DNA of 64,000 nucleotides from a virus (Duplodnaviria; Heunggongvirae; Uroviricota; Caudoviricetes): IMG/VR virus record IMGVR_UViG_3300007177_000114; one strand, 5' to 3'. Shown piece by piece: positions 48,179 to 59,153 of this stretch (position 1 is its first letter; each line of letters starts with the position of its first letter). The notes under the pieces were generated by a model. It saw only the letters and a program-made list of their open reading frames with translations, ran no database searches and was not told where the DNA came from. The position numbers and the translations under genes were made by a program.

Positions 48179-50689
48179 ATGTCGGTATTTTATACCAATG
48201 TTTTTAGCCGTGGTGATAAAGTTTTTGTTCGTGGTTATCGTGATGGCCGACGCTTTGCCGAAATTATTAATTATACACCATATCTTTTTATCCCAGCAAG
48301 GAAAGAGTCCCGAACTGAGTTTCGGACTCTTGATGGGAAACCAGTAGAAAAACTACACTTTGATTCAATTTCAGATGCTCGTGATTTCCTTAAGCGCTAT
48401 GATAGCGTTGATAATATGGAAATTTATGGATTGACTAATTTTCCTTATCTGTATATTTACGATAATTTTCGTGGCGATATTATCTATGATCGTTCTAAAA
48501 TCAATATTATTTCTATTGATATTGAAACGGATTCAGCTGATGGTTTCCCTAATATTGAAACTGCAGATAAGGAAATCACGGCTATCACTATTTCTAGAAA
48601 GGGTGAAATGATTGTTTTTGGTCTTAAGCCTTATAAGCCAAAATCCGATAAAATTACTTTCATTCACTGTAAAGATGAATGGGATCTTCTAGAAAAATTT
48701 CTTCAAGTTTGGCAGACTGGTAGATTTCTTCCTGATGTAATTACAGGTTGGAATATTGAATTTTTTGATATTCCATATATCGTTAATAGAATCACAAATG
48801 TGCTCGGTAAGGAGCAAGCTAAAAAACTATCTCCATGGGGTATTCTCGAGGAACGCAAAATTGTTTCTCGAGGTAAGGAAAATATTACTTACACACCAGC
48901 TGGTATTAATGTTCTGGATTATCTACAACTTTACAAGAAGTTCTCTTTTGGGAATGAAGAGAGTTATAAACTGGATAATATTGCTGAGGTAGTTCTTGGT
49001 GAGAAAAAGGTTGATTATCGTTCACAGGGTTATGAATCACTTGATGATCTATATCAGCGTAATCCAGAATTGTTTTTTGATTATAATATCCAGGATACTG
49101 CACTGATTGATAGGTTTGAGGAAAAACTTGGATTTATTGAACTAGTGATGGCATTTGCCTACGATGCCAAAGTAAACTATGTGGATACTATGACAACCGT
49201 AAAGCCGTGGGATATTATCATTCATAACTATCTTCTTGATAGATGCATTGTAATCCATCAGTTCAAGAAAAAAGCTTATGATGGCCATCTTGTTGGTGGT
49301 CACGTAAAGGATGTTAAAGTTGGAATGAATCATTGGGTTGTTTCTTTCGATCTTAATAGTCTTTATCCGCATCTTATCATGCAGTATAATATCAGTCCTG
49401 AAGCAAAACTCGGTCGAGAACAATATTGGCCACATCTTGATTCAATCGTGGATGGTTATGCGGTAATTCCAGATGATGGTTATGCATATACTGCAAATGG
49501 TATCAAATTCAGCAAAGCAAAGCAAGGATTTCTACCTGCTCTGATGGAAAAGATGTATGAGGATCGTACTGTCTTTAAAAAGAAGATGCTTGAAGCCAAA
49601 AAGAAACTTGAAACTCTATCCAAAGATTCACCAGAAAGAACTGCATGTGTAAATGATATTGCCCGTTATCATAATCTTCAGCTAGCTAAAAAAATTCAAC
49701 TTAACTCTGCATATGGCGCCTTGGGTAATGAATATTTTCGTTGGTTCGATTTTGATATGGCTGAAGCAATTACTACATCTGGTCAGCTGTCAATTCGTTG
49801 GGTTGAACGCTATATCAATGACTATCTCAATAAATTACTAAAAACCAGTAAAATTGATTATGTCATTGCTTCAGACACCGACTCTATCTATGTTAACATG
49901 GAACCTATGACCAAAATGTTAAACACCACCGATCCTCTAAAGATCGTTGAGGCACTAGATAAGTTTTGTGAAACGAAAATCCAGACCGTAATTAATGGTT
50001 GTTATTATGATTTATTTCAATATATGCATGCTTTTGCTCAAAAGATGTTTATGAAACGTGAAACTATTGCGGATAAAGGCATCTGGAAAGCTAAAAAGAT
50101 GTATATTCTCAATGCTTGGAATATTGAGGGTGTTCAGTATTCCGAACCTCAACTCAAAATCCAGGGCATTGAGGCGGTCCGTTCTTCTACACCGAAAGCT
50201 TGTCGAGCAAACATCAAGAAATCACTCAGTATCATCATGAATAAGGATGAGCCGACTCTGCATGAATTTATTGAAAATGCTCGATCTGAATTCATGAAAC
50301 TGCCATTCGAGGAAGTTGCATTTCCTCGAGGTATGAATGGGATGGACAAATACCGTGATCGACACAGTATTTACTCAAAGGGGACACCAATTCATGTAAA
50401 AGGTGCTCTTCTTTACAATCATCTTATTCAGACTCGGGGTTTGGACAAGAAATATCAGTTGATTGGTGACGGTGACAAGATTCGTTTTGCTTATCTAAAA
50501 CTACCAAATCCACTCATGGAACATGTTATTTCTGTTCCTGATGATCTACCTGAGGAACTAGATTTTACAAAATATATTGACTATGAAACTCAATTTAATA
50601 AATCTTTTCTAGAACCAATTAAATCAATTCTTGATGTTATCGGTTGGGATGTAGAAAAGCGTAGCACATTGGAGGATTTTTTTAGTTAA
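48179..50689 (+). CDS. 43: DNA polymerase, family B (T4 gp43-like)
   Basis: Exo I ISIDIETDS, KxxxNSxYG (KIQLNSAYGALG), YxDTDS (IASDTDSIYV); 836 aa. Confidence 0.9.
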   Translation: MSVFYTNVFSRGDKVFVRGYRDGRRFAEIINYTPYLFIPARKESRTEFRTLDGKPVEKLHFDSISDARDFLKRYDSVDNMEIYGLTNFPYLYIYDNFRGDIIYDRSKINIISIDIETDSADGFPNIETADKEITAITISRKGEMIVFGLKPYKPKSDKITFIHCKDEWDLLEKFLQVWQTGRFLPDVITGWNIEFFDIPYIVNRITNVLGKEQAKKLSPWGILEERKIVSRGKENITYTPAGINVLDYLQLYKKFSFGNEESYKLDNIAEVVLGEKKVDYRSQGYESLDDLYQRNPELFFDYNIQDTALIDRFEEKLGFIELVMAFAYDAKVNYVDTMTTVKPWDIIIHNYLLDRCIVIHQFKKKAYDGHLVGGHVKDVKVGMNHWVVSFDLNSLYPHLIMQYNISPEAKLGREQYWPHLDSIVDGYAVIPDDGYAYTANGIKFSKAKQGFLPALMEKMYEDRTVFKKKMLEAKKKLETLSKDSPERTACVNDIARYHNLQLAKKIQLNSAYGALGNEYFRWFDFDMAEAITTSGQLSIRWVERYINDYLNKLLKTSKIDYVIASDTDSIYVNMEPMTKMLNTTDPLKIVEALDKFCETKIQTVINGCYYDLFQYMHAFAQKMFMKRETIADKGIWKAKKMYILNAWNIEGVQYSEPQLKIQGIEAVRSSTPKACRANIKKSLSIIMNKDEPTLHEFIENARSEFMKLPFEEVAFPRGMNGMDKYRDRHSIYSKGTPIHVKGALLYNHLIQTRGLDKKYQLIGDGDKIRFAYLKLPNPLMEHVISVPDDLPEELDFTKYIDYETQFNKSFLEPIKSILDVIGWDVEKRSTLEDFFS

Positions 50690-51045
50690 TGGCAAAATAT
50701 GATTATGGTGGTGGATGCCCATGTGGATTGCAGAAGGAGTGCGATCCGTATTGCTCAAATTATAGAGAACTAGATGAAAAATATAAAATTCCTGTTGTTA
50801 AAAAGAAAGTTATGAAGATGAAAGAAGAAGATGACTTTGGATTCTCTTTTGCTGACTCTACTGAGCTATCAGCAGAGATTGATTCAGCAACTGAGAAGTT
50901 AGAAAAACTTAGGGCAATGATTCTACCATTCTTAAATAATCTGAAAAAGAACCCAGAAAAGGATATTATCAAGTGGGATGGAAAGGATCGTGTAAAAAAG
51001 ATTGATGAATTTATTCAAAAGATCAATGATTTAGTTGACAAATAA
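50689..51045 (+). CDS. hypothetical protein
   Basis: 118 aa, ATG overlapping the gp43 stop. Confidence 0.5.
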   Translation: MAKYDYGGGCPCGLQKECDPYCSNYRELDEKYKIPVVKKKVMKMKEEDDFGFSFADSTELSAEIDSATEKLEKLRAMILPFLNNLKKNPEKDIIKWDGKDRVKKIDEFIQKINDLVDK

Positions 51046-51090
51046 GATCATTGATATATAATCTCACTATAATGCATTCATGGAGATATT

Positions 51091-52125
51091 ATGAGCGATT
51101 TACGTTCTAGACTTATTAAAAATAGTACTATTGATTTTACTTCGACTCTAACTGAGTCAAAAATTTTCAATAAAAAGGATATGATCCCAACACCAGTTCC
51201 CGGGATTAATGTTGCACTAAGTGGTACAATTGATGGCGGCCTCACACCAGGACTTTTGGTGTTAGCTGCACCATCAAAACATTTTAAGACTGCGTTCAGT
51301 CTTTTAATGGCCGCTTCATTTATCAAGAAGTATCCAGATGGTATTATCTTATTTTATGATTCTGAATTTGGAACACCTGAATCTTATTTTACTTCATTTG
51401 GTGTTCCACTAGAGTCCGTAGTTCATACACCGATTACAGACATCGAACAACTTAAGTTTGATCTCATGCATCAACTTCAAGAACTTAAGCGTGAAGATAA
51501 GATTATGATCATTGTTGACTCTGTTGGTAATCTTGCTTCAAAGAAAGAAGTTGAAGATGCACTAAAGGGCAGTTCTGCTGCTGATATGACTCGTGCTAAG
51601 CAACTTAAGTCACTATTCCGTATGGTTACTCCTTATCTAACACTTAAGGATATTCCAATGGTTGTGGTAAATCACATTTACATGACACAGGAAATGTTTT
51701 CTAAGCCTGTTGTTTCTGGTGGTACTGGAGTTTATTATTCAGCAGATAATATTTGGATTATCGGCAGACAACAAGATAAGGATGATAAAGAACTCAAGGG
51801 TTATCATTTTATTATCAATGTCGACAAATCCCGCTATGTAAAAGAAAAATCAAAAATTCCTATCACTGTAACTTTTGATTCTGGTATCAATAAATGGTCA
51901 GGTCTCCTTGACTTAGCTCTAGAAGCAGGGTATATTACAAAACCAAAGCAGGGTTGGTATGCCACAGTTGATAAGGAAACAGGAGAACTAGGTCCGAATA
52001 AACGTGCAGCAGATATCATTGATAATGATGAATATTGGAAAACTCTTTTAGAGAAAACTGATTTTTCTACATGGATTAAAAATAAGTATACACTTGCAAC
52101 ATCAGAGATGATTGAAGATGAATAA
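51091..52125 (+). CDS. uvsX: UvsX RecA-like recombinase
   Basis: Walker A-like GLLVLAAPSKHFKT and Walker B IIVDSVGNL; 344 aa; adjacent to gp41, as in T4. Confidence 0.8.
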   Translation: MSDLRSRLIKNSTIDFTSTLTESKIFNKKDMIPTPVPGINVALSGTIDGGLTPGLLVLAAPSKHFKTAFSLLMAASFIKKYPDGIILFYDSEFGTPESYFTSFGVPLESVVHTPITDIEQLKFDLMHQLQELKREDKIMIIVDSVGNLASKKEVEDALKGSSAADMTRAKQLKSLFRMVTPYLTLKDIPMVVVNHIYMTQEMFSKPVVSGGTGVYYSADNIWIIGRQQDKDDKELKGYHFIINVDKSRYVKEKSKIPITVTFDSGINKWSGLLDLALEAGYITKPKQGWYATVDKETGELGPNKRAADIIDNDEYWKTLLEKTDFSTWIKNKYTLATSEMIEDE

Positions 52126-52363
52126 TCTAACGTTTTATAGTGATGATGGTCGAAAACATGCTGTAATTAATCCTACTCCCACTTCTATCTATGTTGAATT
52201 TTACCAAGATGAAATTATAGTTGGTGGTATGGAGGTAAAAGATCACAGTATTTACTACGCAGAATCCATTGCAGAAAATTTTTGTAATGGGATACTTAAA
52301 CTAAAGCCTTGGAGTGCAAATGAGTCTATCCAATCTAATCTTTGCCAATCTGATAAACAGTGA
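52112..52363 (+). CDS. hypothetical protein
   Basis: 83-aa ORF between uvsX and gene 41. Confidence 0.45.
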   Translation: MKMNNLTFYSDDGRKHAVINPTPTSIYVEFYQDEIIVGGMEVKDHSIYYAESIAENFCNGILKLKPWSANESIQSNLCQSDKQ

Positions 52364-53720
52364 GGAATATGGTCGTAAAGTACTACCATACATCAAAGAG
52401 GAGTATTTTGAAACATACTCTGACAAGGTTATCTTTGGTGTTATTAAATCATATGTAGAAAAATATAATAAATTTCCAAATGATCAGGCAGTCAAAATTG
52501 ATCTAGAGTCAATGCAACTTGATGATAGAGTTTATAAAGACTGTAAAGAAAAATTATCAGAACTTGAATATGATGCCACAAAAGATCTAGAGTGGGTACT
52601 TGATAAAACAGAAAAATTTTGTCAGGAACGTGCTGTATATAATGCTATTATGTCCAGCATCCAAATTCTAGATAATAAAGATCCAAAAAACAGTCGTGGA
52701 TCTATTCCAAAAATTCTACAAGATGCATTAGCAGTAAGTTTTGATACTCATATCGGTCATGATTTTATGGAAGATTCTGATCCGAGATTTGAATATTATC
52801 GTCGAGTAGAAGATAGAGTTCCATTCCGACTAGAATATCTCAACCGTATTACAAAAAATGGTCTTCCAAAAAAGACCTTAAATGTAATTCTAGCTGGACC
52901 ACATGTGGGTAAATCACTATTCATGTGTTCTACTGCAGCTGGTAATCTTCTGGATGGTAAAAATGTTCTATATATTACTATGGAAATGGCAGAAGAGGAA
53001 ATTGCCCGCCGTATTGATGCCAATATTCTGGATATTCCAATTGAAGAATTGGATATTATTCCTAAGGATGTTTTTGATAAAAAGATTAATCGGGTTAAAG
53101 GTAAAACATCCGGTAAACTTATTATCAAAGAATACCCAACATCAACCGCTGGTTCTGCTAATTTTCGCCATCTTTTGATGGAACTTAAACTCAAGAAGAA
53201 TTTTGTTCCAGATATTATCTATATTGATTATCTCAATATCTGTGCAAGTTCAAGATTGAAAATGGGTGCAAATGTGAACAGTTATACATATGTAAAAGCT
53301 ATTGCAGAAGAACTTAGAGGTCTTGCAGTAGAGTTTAATGTCCCTATTGTCTCAGCCACTCAGACTACTCGTTCCGGATTTGGTAATAGTGATGTTGATA
53401 TCACCGATACATCAGAATCATTTGCACTTCCTGCAACTGTGGATTTCATGCTTGCTCTTGTGACTTCTGAGGAATTGGAATCACTTGGTCAAATTATGGC
53501 CAAGCAGTTGAAAAACCGATATACAGATCTAGGTAAATGTAAAAGATTTGTTATTGGTGTGGATAAAATCAAAATGAAACTTTATGATGTTGAGGAATCA
53601 GCTCAAGATTTAATGGATGATACACCTGTTATGGACAAAGGAGATTTCGGCGACAGAGAAAAAGCAGTCAATAAAAAGAAGAGTAAGTTTTCATTAAACC
53701 AGTTTGAGGATTTTAAATAA
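52320..53720 (+). CDS. 41: DnaB-like replicative helicase (T4 gp41-like)
   Basis: N-terminus MSLSNLIFANLINSEEY resembles T4 gp41 MVEIILSHLIFDQAYFSKV; Walker A GPHVGKSLFM; GGAGTG RBS. Confidence 0.8.
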   Translation: MSLSNLIFANLINSEEYGRKVLPYIKEEYFETYSDKVIFGVIKSYVEKYNKFPNDQAVKIDLESMQLDDRVYKDCKEKLSELEYDATKDLEWVLDKTEKFCQERAVYNAIMSSIQILDNKDPKNSRGSIPKILQDALAVSFDTHIGHDFMEDSDPRFEYYRRVEDRVPFRLEYLNRITKNGLPKKTLNVILAGPHVGKSLFMCSTAAGNLLDGKNVLYITMEMAEEEIARRIDANILDIPIEELDIIPKDVFDKKINRVKGKTSGKLIIKEYPTSTAGSANFRHLLMELKLKKNFVPDIIYIDYLNICASSRLKMGANVNSYTYVKAIAEELRGLAVEFNVPIVSATQTTRSGFGNSDVDITDTSESFALPATVDFMLALVTSEELESLGQIMAKQLKNRYTDLGKCKRFVIGVDKIKMKLYDVEESAQDLMDDTPVMDKGDFGDREKAVNKKKSKFSLNQFEDFK

Positions 53721-53899
53721 TGAGCAAGATGTACACAGTCAAGCATATCGACAATCTATATTATATTTTTGAAACTGCTAGTGAAAATTACATTAGCTGG
53801 TTCAAAGATAAGAATGAGGCATGGAAGTTCTGTAAGATTATGAACCGCGGTCAACTAGGATTTCAAGGTTGGACACCTGCTTTCATCGCTAAGGTATAA
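53720..53899 (+). CDS. hypothetical small protein (59 aa)
   Basis: ATG overlapping the gp41 stop (TAATG); followed by a terminator. Confidence 0.35.
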   Translation: MSKMYTVKHIDNLYYIFETASENYISWFKDKNEAWKFCKIMNRGQLGFQGWTPAFIAKV

Positions 53900-53924
53900 A
53901 TAACAATAAAATACAATAAACTAA

Positions 53925-53958
53925 AGAGCAGATCGAAAGGTCTGCTCTTTTTTTATTT
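53925..53958 (+). terminator. rho-independent terminator
   Basis: AGAGCAGA-TCGAAAGG-TCTGCTCT followed by TTTTTTTATTTT. Confidence 0.65.
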
Positions 53959-53997
53959 TATAAATATAGAAAACATTTAATAATTTGGGATTCATAA

Positions 53998-55071
53998 ATG
54001 GCCGTTGATTCAAATACTTTTAGGAAAATGGGTGAGGTATTAGATTCTATATCCTTAAAGTATAATTTTCAAGTAGCAAAAACAAACCCTTCTGGTAAAC
54101 CAGCTTCCGATAGAAGTGGCGGAAGAGAATATAGAATGCAATTGATTAATTCAGCAAATGATACGTCAGAATCTTATAAAAAAGATTTATTAAAATTAAT
54201 TAAAGCATCTATCAAAGATGCCAAAAATATCAAATTTAATGAATTATCTACAAATAGTTCAAAATATTCTTCAGTCTCATTTGACTTTGATGGAACTGGT
54301 TTTGACGTAATTATTTCAAAGGGTGCTAATAAAGGTGAAAATTTTGAAAAGAAAGTTGTTTCAGACTTAAAAGGTTATTTTCAAAATAAAGGCATTGGCA
54401 CAGATTATAAAACTTTGGTAAAACAACTTACTGATGCAAATCCTACTTTTGCTAAAAATGAAATAACTGATGTTAAACAAAGAACAGGGTCAACTAAAAA
54501 AGAAGGTGTCCCAATTGAAAATCTTGGTGAGATCATCGGTGATATAGTTTTAACTGATTCTGAAAATCAAAAGTGGTTTATATCATTAAAAGATGTTAAT
54601 GGTGATACATTTAGTTCATATTCTGGTGCTGCCCGTTTGATTGATTCAAGTGGCAATTTAATACCAAAATCTGCAGGTGCTGATTTTCTTAATGCATTTG
54701 GTGCTAATTTAAATGCTATTCAAGATGGTTATGATCTTAGAGCAAAAAAGAAAGTCATGAGAAAATCCATACCAACAGTCAAAGCAAACACATCAAAAAT
54801 TAAAGATATTTTTGAACGTGCATGGGGTATGAATTATTTTTATGTAAGAAAAACTGCTGGTGGGTGGAAGGTATTTTGGCTGGATAGAAAAAAATTAGAT
54901 AATCTTACTTCCAATATTAAAGTAACTGACATTAAATATCCATCTGCTTCATCTAAACAAATAACTATTATGTGTTCAAATAATTATGCGGATTATTTAA
55001 TAGAAATACGCAATAGTAAAGGTGGGGAATATCCAAATGATATCAAATTTAAAGTCAAATCAATAAAATAG
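53998..55071 (+). CDS. hypothetical protein (late gene; TATAAATA box at 53966-53973)
   Basis: 357-aa Lys-rich ORF preceded by a T4-type late promoter box. Confidence 0.55.
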   Translation: MAVDSNTFRKMGEVLDSISLKYNFQVAKTNPSGKPASDRSGGREYRMQLINSANDTSESYKKDLLKLIKASIKDAKNIKFNELSTNSSKYSSVSFDFDGTGFDVIISKGANKGENFEKKVVSDLKGYFQNKGIGTDYKTLVKQLTDANPTFAKNEITDVKQRTGSTKKEGVPIENLGEIIGDIVLTDSENQKWFISLKDVNGDTFSSYSGAARLIDSSGNLIPKSAGADFLNAFGANLNAIQDGYDLRAKKKVMRKSIPTVKANTSKIKDIFERAWGMNYFYVRKTAGGWKVFWLDRKKLDNLTSNIKVTDIKYPSASSKQITIMCSNNYADYLIEIRNSKGGEYPNDIKFKVKSIK

Positions 55072-55082
55072 AAAGCATAACT

Positions 55083-57212
55083 ATGATTCATTTTTCAAAA
55101 TTTTTAGTTGAATCTCTGGATGTTGATAAATTAAAACATTTAGAGCACGCCGAGGATCATATTATTCATGGTGGTGAAGAAGGATTAGTTCATGCTGCTG
55201 ATAACCTTGACGATCTTCATAATTTTCTTACTGGTGGTAAGTCTAAATCAAGAGTAACAACTAAGTATGATGGTTCGCCGTCCGCAGTTTTCGGGATTAA
55301 CCCTGAGAATGGAAAGTTCTTTGTTGGATCAAAATCAGTATTCAATGTAAACCCAAAGATCAATTATACAGAAGCAGATATTGATAAGAATCATGGTCAT
55401 GCTCCAGGTCTAGCTCAGAAACTAAAGATTGCACTACAGCATCTACCCAAAGTGATGCCTAAGGATGCTCAAGGTAAACCAACTGGTGTTTATCAAGGTG
55501 ATTTCCTTTATGATAAGAACGATATAGAAGATGAGGGTGGTAAGTATAAGTTTGCACCAAATACCATCACTTATTCAGCAAATAAAGATTCTGGTATGGG
55601 TAGAAAAATGGCTGCTTCTCAAATGGGATTTGTTGTACATACCAAATATACCGGTAAAGATTTGAATAATATGAAAGCAGGCTTTGATGTTGATCATTCA
55701 AAGTTTGATCAAGATCCGGATGTAAATTTAGTAAATCCTGAAATAAAAGATACTTCTAAATCGGCATATGGCACCATTCAACAAGGTGAATATAAGAAGC
55801 ATATGGGTGCCGCAGCTGATGCTTTTCGTGCCACAATTTCTGAGGCACTGAAGAAATTAGGTGAACATGATGAGCATCTCAAACCTTATATCAATCAAAC
55901 GGTTAGAGATGAAACCACACCAAATACAAAAGATTATGCTGCATTTCTAGAACAGAAAAAGAATAAAGAAGTTTCAAAGGTAAAATCAGAAGCAGCTAAA
56001 CAAAAGAAAGCGGCTTTATATGACTCACTTATCAATGATATCAAAGACAATAAAAAAGATTATGATAAAGCATTTGAAATTCATCATCATTTACAAAAAG
56101 CAAAAGATGTTTTGGTATCAGCATTAGGTAATCCAACAGAATTTGAGCACACTGTTGGAGATAAGACAGTAAAGCCAGAGGGTTTTGTTTCCATTAGAAA
56201 TGGAAGACCTACTAAATTAGTCGATAGAGCAGAATTTAGTAGATTGAATTTTGCTAATAACAGAGGTCGTGGTGAAGCAGCACCAGATGATAGTGATATA
56301 ACAAAGCCAGAGGAACGTGATACTAAAAATCCACATGTTCTAGCATTTGGTAGAATGAATCCGCCCACAATTGGTCATGCAGCATTAGTCGATAAAGTAA
56401 AAGAGTTAGCATCCACAAATAAGGCCAAACACTCAATCGTACTGTCACACTCACAAGATCCTGAAAAGAATCCATTGTCAGCAGAACAAAAACTGAAACA
56501 TGCTAAGAGATTTTTCCCGGGTGCAAATATTGAAGCAGCATCAGATGCAGAACCAACATTTATCCATCATGCCAAAAAACTTCATAAACAAGGTGTAGAT
56601 CATCTAATAATGGTCGGTGGATCAGATAGAGTAGATGAATATAAAAAGATTTTGGATAAGTATAACGGACCTGGAAAAGATTTCAACTTCAAACGAATTG
56701 ATGTTGTTTCTGCTGGTGAAAGAGATCCGGATGCTGAAGGTGTTTCAGGTATGTCTGCATCAAAGATGCGTGGTCATGCAATGAATAGAAACTTTAGTGA
56801 ATTTAAAAAAGGTATACCACAACATGTACACCCTGAACATGCTAGAGAACTCTATGATGAAGTTCGTAAAGGTATGCATATAGAAATCGGACCACAAACA
56901 TCTGGTGTATCATTAGCAAGATATGCTAAAAGAACTGATGAAGTTGGTTATAGAGCAAGAGCAGAACAGAAACGTAGAGAACTTGCTAAAGCATCAACTA
57001 AAAAAATTGCAGCACCAAAAACAATTAAGTTAAAAGAAGAAATGAGCGTTGATTCTATTAGAGGTTTGGGTTATGTAAGCGGTATACCTGCAGGATCACT
57101 ATCAAATTATTATCATGATAATATTGCTACTGCTGATACCATTAATGATAATTTAAAGAAATTTGTACAACTTTGGCATGGTAATATGCATGCAAATAAA
57201 ATAAGAAAGTAA
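55083..57212 (+). CDS. large protein with N-terminal ligase/capping-type KxDG nucleotidyltransferase motif and C-terminal HxGH nucleotidyltransferase-like domain
   Basis: VTTKYDGSPSAVFG (motif I-like), FFVGSKS, then LAFGRMNPPTIGHAALV ... MVGGSDR ... VSAGERD resembling cytidylyl/adenylyltransferase folds; 709 aa. Confidence 0.55.
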   Translation: MIHFSKFLVESLDVDKLKHLEHAEDHIIHGGEEGLVHAADNLDDLHNFLTGGKSKSRVTTKYDGSPSAVFGINPENGKFFVGSKSVFNVNPKINYTEADIDKNHGHAPGLAQKLKIALQHLPKVMPKDAQGKPTGVYQGDFLYDKNDIEDEGGKYKFAPNTITYSANKDSGMGRKMAASQMGFVVHTKYTGKDLNNMKAGFDVDHSKFDQDPDVNLVNPEIKDTSKSAYGTIQQGEYKKHMGAAADAFRATISEALKKLGEHDEHLKPYINQTVRDETTPNTKDYAAFLEQKKNKEVSKVKSEAAKQKKAALYDSLINDIKDNKKDYDKAFEIHHHLQKAKDVLVSALGNPTEFEHTVGDKTVKPEGFVSIRNGRPTKLVDRAEFSRLNFANNRGRGEAAPDDSDITKPEERDTKNPHVLAFGRMNPPTIGHAALVDKVKELASTNKAKHSIVLSHSQDPEKNPLSAEQKLKHAKRFFPGANIEAASDAEPTFIHHAKKLHKQGVDHLIMVGGSDRVDEYKKILDKYNGPGKDFNFKRIDVVSAGERDPDAEGVSGMSASKMRGHAMNRNFSEFKKGIPQHVHPEHARELYDEVRKGMHIEIGPQTSGVSLARYAKRTDEVGYRARAEQKRRELAKASTKKIAAPKTIKLKEEMSVDSIRGLGYVSGIPAGSLSNYYHDNIATADTINDNLKKFVQLWHGNMHANKIRK

Positions 57213-57217
57213 ATCTA

Positions 57218-58528
57218 ATGGCACAGTTTAGAAAAGATACCCATGAGTACTTGAAAGACGGTACAACTATCTTTGAAACCGTCATGCTTGCTGATCAGTA
57301 TGGAAATCTTGTTGGTGCAGCTAATCCAACAGGTATGGCAGTTGATGCATTTGGACGAGCAAGAGCATCAAATCCATTTACACTCTTTGAATCATTTCAT
57401 AGATATCAAGATAACGGTAGAATAACACAATCAAATAGCGCAACTGGAGCAGCATCGACACACAACGCAAATGCTGGTCTAATCGAATGCACACTTGATA
57501 ATGCTTCCGGTTCTTTCTTATATCGTGAATCATCAAGAGTATTTACATATCAGCCAGGTAAATCACTTCAAATCTTACAAACATTTTGTATGGCCCCACC
57601 AAAAGCAAATCTTCGTCAGAGATACGGTTATTTTGGTACTGAAAATGGATTTTTTCTTGAGCAAGATGGAACCACAATTAATTTTGTAAAAAGATCTTCA
57701 GTCACTGGATCATTAGTTGAAACAAGAATCCCACAATCACAATGGAATTTAGATAAGTTAGACGGGACTGGACCATCTAAATTAACACTAGATCTTACTA
57801 AAGCACAAATTTTGTTTCACGATATAGAATGGCTTGGCGTGGGTTCTGTTAGAGTAGGATTTATAATTGAGGGTAAATTTATCCATTGTCACTCATGGCA
57901 TCATTCAAATATTATAACTTCAACTTATATAACAACTGCATGTTTACCAGTACGAGCAGAAATTGAAAATACCGGAGCAACATCCGGATCTAGCACACTC
58001 AAAATTATTTGTGCAGCTGTCATTTCAGAAGGTGGATTTGAACCAAAAGGTCGACCAAGAGCTGTAAGTATTCCTGTTACTTCTCCAATTGATATTCCTA
58101 CTGCTGGGACATTTGTTCCTATTATTTCAATTAGATTGAAAGATACAAGACAAGATGCTATAGTATTTCTTCGTTCAATCGTATTCTTTGGTGTTTCAAA
58201 TAATACATCATATAGATGGAAACTTGTATCAGGTCCTACATTGACTGGTGCCAGCTGGCAATCTGCTGGTACAGATTCTTCTGTTGAATATGATATATCA
58301 GCGACTGCTTTAACCGGTGGTATTGATAATAGAATTGAATATCTAAACGTTTCGTCTGGTTCTGGTGCGGCTCTAAATCAAATTGATCCATCTGATATAT
58401 TCCGTTATCAACTTGAACGAAATTCTTTTTTAACTTCAAATAAGGGTATAGTATTCACACTTGCTGCAACAGGTGCTGCCAACGGTAATGATGCAGTAGG
58501 TGCCATACAGTGGGAAGAAATTACTTAA
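57218..58528 (+). CDS. hypothetical protein, probably structural
   Basis: 436-aa ORF, Gly/Ser/Thr-rich beta-type composition, in the late region. Confidence 0.5.
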   Translation: MAQFRKDTHEYLKDGTTIFETVMLADQYGNLVGAANPTGMAVDAFGRARASNPFTLFESFHRYQDNGRITQSNSATGAASTHNANAGLIECTLDNASGSFLYRESSRVFTYQPGKSLQILQTFCMAPPKANLRQRYGYFGTENGFFLEQDGTTINFVKRSSVTGSLVETRIPQSQWNLDKLDGTGPSKLTLDLTKAQILFHDIEWLGVGSVRVGFIIEGKFIHCHSWHHSNIITSTYITTACLPVRAEIENTGATSGSSTLKIICAAVISEGGFEPKGRPRAVSIPVTSPIDIPTAGTFVPIISIRLKDTRQDAIVFLRSIVFFGVSNNTSYRWKLVSGPTLTGASWQSAGTDSSVEYDISATALTGGIDNRIEYLNVSSGSGAALNQIDPSDIFRYQLERNSFLTSNKGIVFTLAATGAANGNDAVGAIQWEEIT

Positions 58529-58558
58529 TTTATAAATATACAAAAATTTGGAGCTGAT

Positions 58559-59153
58559 AATGAGTATTATAGACGAAAAAAGAGGACTATGGGATAACAT
58601 TCACGCTAAGCGCAAGAGAATTGCTGCTGGTTCTGGTGAACGCATGCGTAAACCAGGTGAGAAAGGTGCACCAACTGCTGCCGCATTAAAAGCAGCACAA
58701 GTCAAAGAAGATGCAGAGAAGCATTCTAAAGATCCTAAAAATCCAGCATCTAGATTTGATGCATCTGATGAACTTGTAAAGATTTACAAGGATGAAACAC
58801 CAGGTCAATCTAAAAATCCATCCAAGACCTTAAAAGTTCTAAGAAAAGTTGTTGAAGAACTATTATATGAATGCAACGGTAATTGCACATGTGGTAAACA
58901 ACCACCTGTTACTGAAGCTGAATACCAAGGTAGATCAGTGCCGCTTGGAAAACCAATGAAAGGAGATGTCAAGAAGTCCAAAGTTTATGTCCGAAACGAA
59001 AAGGGAAATGTTGTCAAGGTAAACTTTGGTGATAAAAATATGACTATTAAGAAGAACATCCCTGCTCGTCGTAAGAGTTTTAGAGCACGTCATAATTGTG
59101 ATAATCCCGGGCCTCGCACAAAAGCAAGGTACTGGAGCTGCAGAGCATGGTAA
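58559..59153 (+). CDS. hypothetical basic protein (TATAAATA box at 58528-58535)
   Basis: GGAG RBS then ATG 58559 (MSIIDEKRGL...). Confidence 0.5.

Noticed and set aside
48123-48347. 74-aa ORF overlapping the start of the DNA polymerase gene
   Set aside because: It is out of frame with and internal to the strongly supported gp43 start region, has no RBS, and is hydrophobic low-complexity sequence typical of an artefact.
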